From: Chthoniobacterales bacterium
GTDB lineage: Bacteria; Verrucomicrobiota; Verrucomicrobiia; Chthoniobacterales; JAATET01
Length of the DNA: 64,000 nucleotides
Direction: 5' to 3'
NCBI GenBank assembly: GCA_036569045.1
Contig: DATCRI010000087.1
Coordinates: 381-64,380, forward strand
Part shown: positions 35,635-43,880 of the stretch, piece after piece
Numbering within the stretch: the stretch's first letter is position 1
How the letters are laid out: every line of letters starts with the position of its first letter
Translations under genes and position numbers: made by a program
Notes under the pieces: generated by a model
Told to the model about the DNA's origin: nothing
The model's input: the letters and a program-made list of their open reading frames with translations, nothing else
The model's database searches: none

Positions 35635-36633
35635 ATGCCCATTTCCTCGGCTGACGCCGCCACGATCGAGTTCGAAAACGCCCGCGCTCTCCAGTCGCTC
35701 TACGCGAACGACGAAAAGCTCCTCAAGGAACTCGAAAGCGAGCTCGGGATTCGCATCGTCGCCCGCGACAACGTCCTCCGCATCGACGGCGATGCCGCCA
35801 AGGTGGACATCGTGCGCCGGCTCTTCGCCGAACTCGAGGAAGCCCGCCAGCGCGGTCTCACCATCCGCGGCCACGAATTCCGCTACGCCCTGCGCACGGT
35901 GCTCGGCGCCGACAAGGACGCCGCCCCGAAAAAAAATCTCAGCCGCCTGCTCGACCAGAAAATCCTCTGCTCGTCGCGGAAGCCGCCGATCGTCCCCAAG
36001 ACCGAGGGACAGTGCGAATACGTCACCACGATTCGTTCCCACGACATCACCTTCGGCATCGGCCCCGCCGGCACCGGCAAGACCTACCTCGCCATGGCGC
36101 TCGCCGTCTCGGCGCTCAAGCAGGAAAAGGTCAGCCGCATCATTCTCACCCGCCCGGCGGTCGAGGCTGGCGAGGCCCTCGGCTTCCTCCCCGGCGATCT
36201 TCAGGAGAAGCTCCTCCCCTACCTGCGCCCGCTCTACGACGCCCTCCACGACATGCTCGAAGTCGAGGAACTCCAGCGCCTGATGGATCGCGGCGTCATC
36301 GAAATCGCCCCGCTCGCCTACATGCGCGGCCGCACGCTCAGCAACGCGTTCATCATTCTTGACGAAGCCCAGAACACGACGACCGAGCAGATGTTCATGT
36401 TCCTCACCCGCCTCGGCGCCGACTCCCAGTGCGTCGTCACCGGCGATCGCACCCAGATCGATCTTCCGCGCAACAAACGCAGCGGCCTCATCGAGGCCGT
36501 CGAGGCCCTTCGCCATGTGGATGGCATCGGCTTCCACGTTTTTCAGGAGTCCGACGTCGTGCGCCACCCCCTCGTCCAGCGCATTCTCCGCGCCTACCGG
36601 AAGCATCGCGGCTTGCAGGATTCGCTTCTGTAA
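35635..36633 (+). CDS. phoH: PhoH-family ATPase (YbeZ-like)
   Basis: Walker A GIGPAGTGKTYLAMALAV. ILTRPAVEAGEALGFLPGDLQEK. FIILDEAQNTT. GDRTQIDLP. These are the canonical PhoH/YbeZ motifs. Confidence 0.92.
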   Translation: MPISSADAATIEFENARALQSLYANDEKLLKELESELGIRIVARDNVLRIDGDAAKVDIVRRLFAELEEARQRGLTIRGHEFRYALRTVLGADKDAAPKKNLSRLLDQKILCSSRKPPIVPKTEGQCEYVTTIRSHDITFGIGPAGTGKTYLAMALAVSALKQEKVSRIILTRPAVEAGEALGFLPGDLQEKLLPYLRPLYDALHDMLEVEELQRLMDRGVIEIAPLAYMRGRTLSNAFIILDEAQNTTTEQMFMFLTRLGADSQCVVTGDRTQIDLPRNKRSGLIEAVEALRHVDGIGFHVFQESDVVRHPLVQRILRAYRKHRGLQDSLL

Positions 36634-36660
36634 GCTATCAGCCGCCAAATCCCAACGCGC

Positions 36661-38250
36661 ATGTGGAAGATTTTCCAACGCCGCCGGTTGATCAGTCAGG
36701 GCCTTAGCAGCCGGAAAACCCGGCGCAAACAGGTCGAGAACCCGATCTTCGAGGCGCTCGAGTGCCAATGGCCCGCGAAGATCGCCATCATGGTGCTCTT
36801 CAATATCGGCCTCGGAATTCTCATCTTCTCCGGCGAGCAAACCGAGCCCGTCAAACACTTCATCATCTGCCTGCTCGTCTTCGGCACGGCAATGACGTCG
36901 CTGTGGATCAACTACCCGAAGAGCTTCGCCAGCAACACCCGGCTGCTGCTGATTCTCTCCGTCTGCTTCCTCCAGCTCGTCGGCGTGCGCCTCATCCTTG
37001 CGAATGCGGTGAATCCCGACTTCGCCCCGCTTCTCTTCCCCTACGCCTTTGCGCCACTGATGCTCTCGGTGCTCATCGGACGGCACCACGGCCTCTACGC
37101 CGCCCTGTTTTGCAGCCTCTGGGGCATGTTCCTGCTCCCGACGATCAAGCCCGTCTTCATCGTTCTCTCGCTCATCACCGGCTTCATCGCCGTCTTTGTC
37201 ACCCTGCAGGTTCGTCGTCGCAGCCGTCTCATCCGCGCCGGCCTCTACGTCGGCATCGCGACCTGGGTGATCGCCGCCACCTTCGGCCTCATCAGCCCCA
37301 TTCAGCTCGAAGGCACCGACTGGCGCATGATCGGCTGGCAAAGCCTGTTCGCGGTCGGCATGGGCCTCGCCACCGCCATCGTCGTCAGCGGCATCCTTCC
37401 CGCTTTCGAGACCACCTTCAACATCACGACCGACATCTCCTGGCTGGAAATGGCGGACATGAATCACCCGCTGCTCCGCCGCCTTTCGATGGAGGCGCCC
37501 GGCACCTACCACCACAGCCTCGCCGTCGCGAATCTCGCCGAAGCAGCCGCCGAGGCCGTGGATGCCAACCCCACCATCTGCCGCGTCTGCGCGTATTTCC
37601 ACGACATCGGGAAACTCGTGAAGCCCGAGTATTTCTCCGAAAACATGCCGCCGGGCCACAACCCGCACGACGAGCTCACGCCGACGATGAGCGCGCTCAT
37701 CATCATCGCGCACGTCAAGGAAGGCGTGGACCTCGCCCTCAAGAACAAGCTCAATCCCCTGCTCGTCGACGTCATCAACCAGCACCACGGCACCTCGCTC
37801 GTCGGCTACTTTTACCAGCGCGCCCTCCAGCAGCAGCAGGACGCCCGCCTCGGCGGCAAGATCATGAACCTCCGCGACGACGACATTCCCGAAGTCCACG
37901 AGGAAAGCTTCCGCTACCCCGGCCCGAAGCCGCAGACCAAGGAAAGCGCCATCGTCAGCCTCGCCGACACGATCGAAAGCGCCTCCCGCTCGATCGAACG
38001 CCCCACCGCCCAGCGCATCGAGGATCTCGTCAACGACCTCATCGACACCCGCATCGCCGATCACCAGCTCGACGAATCTCCGCTCACCTTGGACGAGATT
38101 CGCCGCATCGCCGAGAGCTTCCGCTCGACGCTCTCGAGCATGATGCATTCCCGCGTGGCCTACCCGGCCGCCGCCCGCCGCGATCCCAAGAAAGAAACCC
38201 GATCCCTCAAGGATGCCCCGGCGAAACGCTCCGAGCAAAGCGCCGCCTGA
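36661..38250 (+). CDS. 7TM-HD (PgpH/YqfF-like) membrane phosphohydrolase
   Basis: About 7 TM helices followed by an HD/HDIG domain (GTYHHSLAVANLAEAAAEAV...YFHDIGKLVKPEYF...HHG). It sits in the conserved phoH / 7TM-HD / ybeY gene order. Confidence 0.85.
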   Translation: MWKIFQRRRLISQGLSSRKTRRKQVENPIFEALECQWPAKIAIMVLFNIGLGILIFSGEQTEPVKHFIICLLVFGTAMTSLWINYPKSFASNTRLLLILSVCFLQLVGVRLILANAVNPDFAPLLFPYAFAPLMLSVLIGRHHGLYAALFCSLWGMFLLPTIKPVFIVLSLITGFIAVFVTLQVRRRSRLIRAGLYVGIATWVIAATFGLISPIQLEGTDWRMIGWQSLFAVGMGLATAIVVSGILPAFETTFNITTDISWLEMADMNHPLLRRLSMEAPGTYHHSLAVANLAEAAAEAVDANPTICRVCAYFHDIGKLVKPEYFSENMPPGHNPHDELTPTMSALIIIAHVKEGVDLALKNKLNPLLVDVINQHHGTSLVGYFYQRALQQQQDARLGGKIMNLRDDDIPEVHEESFRYPGPKPQTKESAIVSLADTIESASRSIERPTAQRIEDLVNDLIDTRIADHQLDESPLTLDEIRRIAESFRSTLSSMMHSRVAYPAAARRDPKKETRSLKDAPAKRSEQSAA

Positions 38251-38698
38251 CCCGGCGGAAAACCTTCCCGCGGTCGCCATCGCGAACCGCCAGCGCAAGC
38301 TCCCCCTCGACCTCCGCCGGATTCGCGGCCTCGTCGCCCGCGCCCTGCCGCTGTGCCTCGCGGAGGCGGGCCCGCTTCCCCAGCGCCTCGCCGAGCTGCC
38401 CGAGATCGCCATCAGCATTGTCGGTCCCGACGCGATGAGCCGCGTGCATGTCGATTTTCTCGCCATCGAGGGCCCCACAGACGTCATCACCTTCCCCTAC
38501 GGCGAGATCCTCGTTTGCGCCGCCATCGCCGCCGAAAACTGCCCTCGTTACGGCAACTCCCTTGACGACGAGGTCGCCCTCTACATCATTCACGGATTGC
38601 TCCATCTCAACGGATTCGACGATTTGGAGGCCGGCGCGGCACGGCACATGCGAGCCCGACAGGCAAAGATTTTGAACGCCGCTCGCAAGACCGTCTAG
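38213..38698 (+). CDS. ybeY: rRNA maturation endoribonuclease YbeY
   Basis: Zinc motif LYIIHGLLHLNGFDD and upstream TDVITFPY. The start at 38213 overlaps the previous gene by 38 nt. No later ATG precedes the conserved core, so the exact start is uncertain. Confidence 0.88.
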   Translation: MPRRNAPSKAPPDPAENLPAVAIANRQRKLPLDLRRIRGLVARALPLCLAEAGPLPQRLAELPEIAISIVGPDAMSRVHVDFLAIEGPTDVITFPYGEILVCAAIAAENCPRYGNSLDDEVALYIIHGLLHLNGFDDLEAGAARHMRARQAKILNAARKTV

Positions 38699-38713
38699 AT
38701 TCCCAAGAACTGC

Positions 38714-39298
38714 ATGAATTCCATTTCCGAAGTCGAAAACCCCGGTGAAATCCGCCACGGCCTCGGCCCCATCTGGGCCGCCACCCGGGTCGCCAATCCC
38801 GACTTCGCGCTCTGCAGTCCCGTCACCTTCCGCTGCGGCGCGGTTTTCACGATTTCGTCGTCCGCGTGGCACGAGGCGGTCTTCGCCCCGGTCCTTCTTC
38901 CCGCCCTGCGCGCCTCCCTTGCTCACGCTCGCCGCGGGGAGGCTCGCGAGATCATTGCCCTCGACCAACGCCTGTCCACCCAGCTTCCGGAAAATACCCT
39001 CACCGCCAGCACGCGGGCCGGCCACCGGCTCGCCGCTCTCGGCAGCACGCTTCGCGGCGACCGCCTCCTTCCCCGCCTCGCCGCAAATGTCGCCGACGGC
39101 GCCGCCCCCGGCCATCTCGCGACCGTCTTTGCCGCCCGCTGCGGCGCATTCTCGCTGCCCGACCGTGTCGCGATCGGCGCCTACCTTTTTCAGGAAATGG
39201 GCGCCGGCGCTCCTCACGTCTCGGTCGCCGACGTCTGCGACTTCGTCGCCCGCTGCCTCGAACCCCTCGGCGCCTCCCTCGAACTGCGCGCCGCCTGA
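38714..39298 (+). CDS. hypothetical protein, weak UreF-like helical domain
   Basis: 194-aa ORF. The segment GHLATVFAARCGAFSLPDRVAIGAYLFQEM resembles the conserved core of urease accessory protein UreF. No urease genes are in the window. Weak assignment. Confidence 0.35.
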   Translation: MNSISEVENPGEIRHGLGPIWAATRVANPDFALCSPVTFRCGAVFTISSSAWHEAVFAPVLLPALRASLAHARRGEAREIIALDQRLSTQLPENTLTASTRAGHRLAALGSTLRGDRLLPRLAANVADGAAPGHLATVFAARCGAFSLPDRVAIGAYLFQEMGAGAPHVSVADVCDFVARCLEPLGASLELRAA

Positions 39299-39308
39299 AT
39301 TCCCGCCC

Positions 39309-39596
39309 ATGGCCACGGAGACCACCGCGAATCCCTCGACCGAATCCGAGACCGCGCTCACGCAACCCTGGAACGTGATCGTGCACAACGATCCCGTGAA
39401 CCTCATGAGCTACGTCGCCATGGTCTTCCGGCGCGTCTTCGGCTTCCCCGCCGAGCGTGCCCAGAAACACATGCTCGAAGTTCACGAGCGCGGTCGCTCC
39501 GTGCTCTGGACCGGCGAGCGCGAGAAGGCGGAATTTTACGTCCAGCAGCTCCACGGCTACCTCCTGCTCGCCACCCTCGAACGCGCCGGAAACTGA
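39309..39596 (+). CDS. clpS: ATP-dependent Clp protease adaptor ClpS
   Basis: ATG at 39309, in frame within track ORF 38745-39596. PWNVIVHNDPVNLMSYVAMVFRRVFGFPAERAQKHMLEVHERGRSVLWTGEREKAEFYVQQLH is the ClpS signature. Confidence 0.92.
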   Translation: MATETTANPSTESETALTQPWNVIVHNDPVNLMSYVAMVFRRVFGFPAERAQKHMLEVHERGRSVLWTGEREKAEFYVQQLHGYLLLATLERAGN

Positions 39597-39682
39597 CGCC
39601 CCACCGGGGTTTGTCCCGGCCGGCCGCTTTCTCCCGGGTTGCCCTCGGGTGAAGTTTCCTGTTTTTCTGATTTCGTAATTCC

Positions 39683-40171
39683 ATGGAGTTCTACCTTTCC
39701 GGGAAGTCGCGATACGGCTTTCGCCACATTCATCCGCTGCTCGCCGAGCTCGTCCGCACCCTGCCCGACATCATCGCCGCCGACGCCCTTTCGGATGCCG
39801 CCGCCCACCGCTTTTATCCGGAACCCGCGCAGGGCGAGGATCTCGACGATCTCCGCTCGGACTGGAAAGCCTTCGTCGAACCCGGTCTGCAGGAGCACTT
39901 CCGGTCCTCCCGCGATATCGTCGCCGCCGATCTCAAAAGCCTCACCGCGAAGAAGGACAATTTCGAACTCACCATCCCGGCCAAGCACGCCGACGCCTGG
40001 CTGAATGTCCTGAACCAGGCCCGCCTCGCCCTCGCCGCGGAGATCGGCTTCGACGAAAAGCTGCTCGGCTCCCCGGAAGCTCCCGACCTCGCCAGCGAGC
40101 GCGGCCTCGTCGCCTTTCGCATCAATCTCTACGCCTTCATGCAGCAATGCCTGATCGAGCAGATGGATTGA
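39683..40171 (+). CDS. hypothetical protein (possibly the DUF2017-like family often next to clpS)
   Basis: 162-aa acidic helical ORF directly downstream of clpS. I recall ClpS-adjacent DUF2017 proteins in Actinobacteria, but the family assignment is not verified here. Confidence 0.4.
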   Translation: MEFYLSGKSRYGFRHIHPLLAELVRTLPDIIAADALSDAAAHRFYPEPAQGEDLDDLRSDWKAFVEPGLQEHFRSSRDIVAADLKSLTAKKDNFELTIPAKHADAWLNVLNQARLALAAEIGFDEKLLGSPEAPDLASERGLVAFRINLYAFMQQCLIEQMD

Positions 40172-40199
40172 GGACCGCCTCTCTGCTCGAACCGGCGTC

Positions 40200-40751
40200 A
40201 TGGAAAAAGCCCACGCCATCCTGATCCGGCGCATCCGGTTTTCCGAAACCAGCCTCATCTGCGTCTGGCTCACCCGCACCCACGCGAAGCTCAAGACCTC
40301 CGCCCGGGGCGCCCTGCGGCCCGGCGGCGCCTTCGCCGGCAAGCTCGATCTCTTCTACGAGGCCGATATCGGCTTTGCCCGCAGCCGCAGCGGCGACGTC
40401 CACTCCCTTCGCGAAGTCGCCCTCCTCCAGCCCTTCGACGGCAAAGGCCCTCATTACGCGAACCTCACCGTCGCCGCCTACTTCGCGGAGCTCATCGACC
40501 GCGTCACCGAGCCCGCCGGCCAGGCCGAGGAAGTCTTCGACCTCCTGCGCCGCGCCGTTGGCTATCTGCGCCGGGAGCGAGCCACGCCCCGCGCCATCAC
40601 CCATTTCGAAGCCGAACTCACTCGCGCCCTCGGCATCGAGGATGCCGCCGGTCGCCACGATCCCCAGCAGACGCTGGCCACCCAATGCGGCGGCCGACTT
40701 CCCGCCGGCCGCGAACGCGCCTTGAAGGCTTGCGCCGCGCCGGTAAAGTAG
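40200..40751 (+). CDS. recO: DNA repair protein RecO (short form)
   Basis: N-terminal OB-fold pattern AILIRRIRFSETSLICVWLTRTHAKLKTSARGA...LDLFYEADIGF...LREVALLQPF...AAYFAELI fits RecO. At 183 aa it is shorter than typical, and the C-terminal zinc motif is absent. Confidence 0.7.
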   Translation: MEKAHAILIRRIRFSETSLICVWLTRTHAKLKTSARGALRPGGAFAGKLDLFYEADIGFARSRSGDVHSLREVALLQPFDGKGPHYANLTVAAYFAELIDRVTEPAGQAEEVFDLLRRAVGYLRRERATPRAITHFEAELTRALGIEDAAGRHDPQQTLATQCGGRLPAGRERALKACAAPVK

Positions 40752-40755
40752 CGCC

Positions 40756-41319
40756 ATGCGGGACCAGCCCTCCGCCGGAAACATGACGGGATCGCTCCTC
40801 GTGGCGCATCCGAATCTGCGCGACCCTCATTTTCGCCGCACCATCCTCTTTCTCTCACACCACAACGCCGAGGATGGCGCCATCGGCCTCGTCCTCAACC
40901 GGCCGCTCAAGAAAACGATGGGCGAATTCCCTCGCCACACCCACGACGACGCCGCCCTCGGCCGCGTGCCCGTCTTTTACGGCGGCCCCGTCGGCACCGA
41001 GGAGATCCTGCTCGCCAGCATGCAGTGGCACGACTCCCCGGCGAACGCGATCGCCTTCCGCGGTTTTGGCAACGCCAGCGAGGAGCCCATCATCCCGCCG
41101 GAATTCCACCCCGGCCTGCGCGCCTTTCTCGGCTACTCGGGATGGAGCCGCGGCCAGCTCGAAGCCGAGATCGCCGAAAAATCGTGGCTCGTCCTGCCGC
41201 CGTCGCGGCAACTCATCGAAATGCGCAACTCCGGCACCGCCTGGCGCGACCTCATGCACCAGCTCGGCCCGATCTACCACCTGCTCGCCGACATGCCCGA
41301 CGACCCGAGCCTGAACTAG
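40756..41319 (+). CDS. YqgE/AlgH family protein (UPF0301)
   Basis: GSLLVAHPNLRDPHFRRTILFLSHHNAEDGAIGLVLNRP...VFYGGPV...GYSGWSRGQLEAEI is the YqgE/AlgH signature. An alternative ATG at 40783 is possible. Confidence 0.88.
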   Translation: MRDQPSAGNMTGSLLVAHPNLRDPHFRRTILFLSHHNAEDGAIGLVLNRPLKKTMGEFPRHTHDDAALGRVPVFYGGPVGTEEILLASMQWHDSPANAIAFRGFGNASEEPIIPPEFHPGLRAFLGYSGWSRGQLEAEIAEKSWLVLPPSRQLIEMRNSGTAWRDLMHQLGPIYHLLADMPDDPSLN

Positions 41320-41323
41320 CCGT

Positions 41324-42319
41324 TCACCACTTCCGCACCCGCCAGAGCCACAGCACGGCAAAGCCGCACGCCGCCGCCAGCAGGTTGATTCCCAGGAACG
41401 GCAGATAGCCGTCCAGGCTTTCACCGGGAATGTGCACGTTCATCGAGAAGATGCTCACGATCAGGTTCGCGAGCATGATCGCGATCGTGATGATCGTGAA
41501 CTTCTTGATGAGGTGGTTGAGATTGTTGCTGACGATCGACGCGCGCGAATCCATCAGCCCGCCGAGCACCTCCGAGTAAATCTGCGCCCGGCGGAAACAT
41601 TGCTTGTTCTCGATCAGGATGTCTTCGAGCACGCCGATCTGGTCGCCGTCGAAACCGAGACGCGACGCGCTCAGCCGCAGCTTCTGGCACAGCGTGCTGT
41701 TCGAGCTGAGCGAGTTCAGGATGTAAACGAGGCTCTTCTCCAGCGCGAACATGTTGAGGAGGTATTTGTTCTCCATCGACTTCGCGAGGCGCTTCTCGAG
41801 CGAGTCGGAGAGCATGTTGATCGCCTTCAGGTGCCCTTCGAAATGAGAGATGGACTGGTAGAGCATGCGCAGGATGACGTCCTGCAGCGAATGCACCGGG
41901 AAGGCCGCGCGCCCCTCGAAAAGTGGGGCGTCGTCGGGCATGATGACGACCAGCAGGTCCGCGTAAAGGAACGCGCCGGTCGACGTGACCTTCAGCAAAA
42001 AATTGTCGTCGGCGCAGTAGCTTTTCGGTCGCTTGAAGATCACCGCCGCATGGTCGGGCTCGAATTCCAGACGGGAGAGTTCCTCCGGATCGAGCGCAGA
42101 TTGCAGCGTGTGGCTGTCGATGTTGAACCGCTCGAGCAGCTCCGCCTCCTCGGCCGGGCCGGGATTATTGTAGGCAATGATCTGCGCGTCGCCTTCGTTG
42201 CAGGCAACGGGACGCCCGTCCGTCAGCCGGAAGTAACTCCGTCGCGGCGGCGCCTCCTCGCGCACGGCGGGAATGGAGCGGCTCGCCGGACGGTCGAGCA
42301 TGGCATTGAGGGCATTCAT
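41324..42319 (-). CDS. CorA-family divalent cation transporter with SMN in place of the GMN motif
   Basis: The track ORF is over-extended to 42490. ATG at 42319 gives MNALNAMLDRP.... The C-terminus has two TM helices with TIITIAIMLANLIVSIFSMNVHIPG, where the canonical motif would be YGMNF..MP. Confidence 0.7.
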   Translation of the reverse strand: MNALNAMLDRPASRSIPAVREEAPPRRSYFRLTDGRPVACNEGDAQIIAYNNPGPAEEAELLERFNIDSHTLQSALDPEELSRLEFEPDHAAVIFKRPKSYCADDNFLLKVTSTGAFLYADLLVVIMPDDAPLFEGRAAFPVHSLQDVILRMLYQSISHFEGHLKAINMLSDSLEKRLAKSMENKYLLNMFALEKSLVYILNSLSSNSTLCQKLRLSASRLGFDGDQIGVLEDILIENKQCFRRAQIYSEVLGGLMDSRASIVSNNLNHLIKKFTIITIAIMLANLIVSIFSMNVHIPGESLDGYLPFLGINLLAAACGFAVLWLWRVRKW

Positions 42320-42353
42320 GGGCGCGCGCCTTGGGTTGCCTTGGCAATACAGC

Positions 42354-43697
42354 CTAATTCCAGAGCCTGTCCAGCCCCCGGCGCGTGCAATCGAACAATT
42401 CGTCAATCTCCGCCCGCGTAATGATGAGCGGCGGCGCGAAAGCCACGAGGTCGCGGATGCCGCGAACGATCGCCCCCTCGGCGCGAACAAGGTCCGCGGC
42501 CTTGATTCCCAATCCCAGTCCGGCGCCGATCGCCTCGCGCCCCTCGCGGGGCAAAAGCTCCGCCGCGCCGATCAAGTGGTCGCCTCGCACTTCGCCGACA
42601 GCTGGATGCGTCGCGAGCTCCGCGAGCTTTTGCTGGAAGTAGGGGCCGACATCATCGCGCACCCGTTCGACCAGGCCGAGATCCTCGATCACCCGCACGT
42701 TTGCGAGCCCCGCCGCCGCGCAGGTCGGGTGGCCGGTGTAGGTGTAGCCGTGCGCGAAATAGCCGCCGGTGTTGATGACCTCGGCAATCTCGTCGCTCAC
42801 GAGCGTCGCGCCGAGCGGAAGATAACCGCTCGTCAGGCCCTTCGCGACGTTCAGCAGATCGGGCTCGAGTCCCTCGCGCTCGCTGGCAAACCAGCATCCG
42901 AGCCGGCCAAACGCCGTGATCACCTCGTCCGCCACGAAGAGAATGTCCCGCTCGCGGCAAAGCTGCCGGAGCGCCTGGAGATAGCCCGGCGGCGGCACGA
43001 TCACGCCGCCCGCGCCCTGGATCGGCTCGACGAACATCGCCGCGATCGTGTCCGCGCCCTCGCGGTCGATAATCTCCGCCGTGCGCGCCACGACGTCCGC
43101 GCCATACGCCTCCGTGGCCTCCGCGCGGTCGTTCCACCCATACGGCGCCGGGATTTTCACGAAATTCTCCAGCGGCAGATCGAAGGGATCCACGCAGCTC
43201 GGCAGCCCGGTCAGACTCGTCGCCGCCAGCGTCACGCCATGGTAGGCGAACTCGCGGGAGAGAATCTTGCGTTTTGTCGGCTTACTCCGGAGCTTCCAAT
43301 ACCCGCGGATGATCTTGAGCGCCGTCTCGTTCGACTCGGAGCCCGAGTTCGAATAAATCACGCGGTTCAGCCGCGCAGGCGCGTGTTTCGCCAGCCATTC
43401 GGCGAGGAGGACGGGCGGCTCGGTCGTGGAATTGAAAAACGACGGGTAATAGGGCAGCGCCTCCATTTGCGCATGCACGGCCTGGACGATCGCGGCGCAA
43501 TTGTAACCGACATTCACGCACCACAGTCCCGCAAGGCCATCGAGCAACCGACGGTCCTCCTCATCGACCAGATAACAGCCGTCCCCCCGCTTGATCCACC
43601 GCGTCCCCTCGCGATGCATATCCGCATGATTTGTAAATGGGTGAATGTGATGGTCGCGGTCTTTTTGGCGCAATTCCTGCAATGTCGGATGACCCAT
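42354..43697 (-). CDS. class-III (omega) aminotransferase, PLP-dependent
   Basis: ATG at 43697 gives MGHPTLQELRQKDRDHHIHPFTNH.... Motifs: GLAGLWCVNVGYN, SNSGSESNETALK, PIQGAGGVIVPP, ILFVADEVITAFGRLG, and KGLTSGYLPLGA with the Lys. The upstream part of the track ORF was discarded. Confidence 0.85.
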   Translation of the reverse strand: MGHPTLQELRQKDRDHHIHPFTNHADMHREGTRWIKRGDGCYLVDEEDRRLLDGLAGLWCVNVGYNCAAIVQAVHAQMEALPYYPSFFNSTTEPPVLLAEWLAKHAPARLNRVIYSNSGSESNETALKIIRGYWKLRSKPTKRKILSREFAYHGVTLAATSLTGLPSCVDPFDLPLENFVKIPAPYGWNDRAEATEAYGADVVARTAEIIDREGADTIAAMFVEPIQGAGGVIVPPPGYLQALRQLCRERDILFVADEVITAFGRLGCWFASEREGLEPDLLNVAKGLTSGYLPLGATLVSDEIAEVINTGGYFAHGYTYTGHPTCAAAGLANVRVIEDLGLVERVRDDVGPYFQQKLAELATHPAVGEVRGDHLIGAAELLPREGREAIGAGLGLGIKAADLVRAEGAIVRGIRDLVAFAPPLIITRAEIDELFDCTRRGLDRLWN

Positions 43698-43880
43698 GCC
43701 CAAAACTATCACGTGGCCAAAGGGAATGCCAGCCAGCGGGCGACAGTTGCTGGCCAGTTGCCGGAACTCGCTGAACCGGCGCGGGTTGGAGGCTCCGCAG
43801 TCGGGTTTTGCGCTTGACCTCAACAGGGGTTTTGGATTGTTTCGCCGCGTTTTGAATGAGGGGAAATTCTGACCGGTTCG

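Noticed and set aside
35221-38490. 1089-aa ORF on the minus strand, the longest minus-strand ORF in the track.
   Set aside because: It runs antisense to four well-supported plus-strand genes (the small secreted protein, phoH, the 7TM-HD gene and ybeY). Its composition is low-complexity and rich in Gly/Ala/Asp/Glu/Arg/Val, typical of stop-free antisense frames in GC-rich DNA. No recognisable motifs.
39597-39682. Possible intrinsic terminator after clpS (CCCGGGTTGCCCTCGGG followed by a T-rich run).
   Set aside because: The stem is short and imperfect, and the T-run is separated from it. The next gene continues in the same direction, so read-through is equally plausible.
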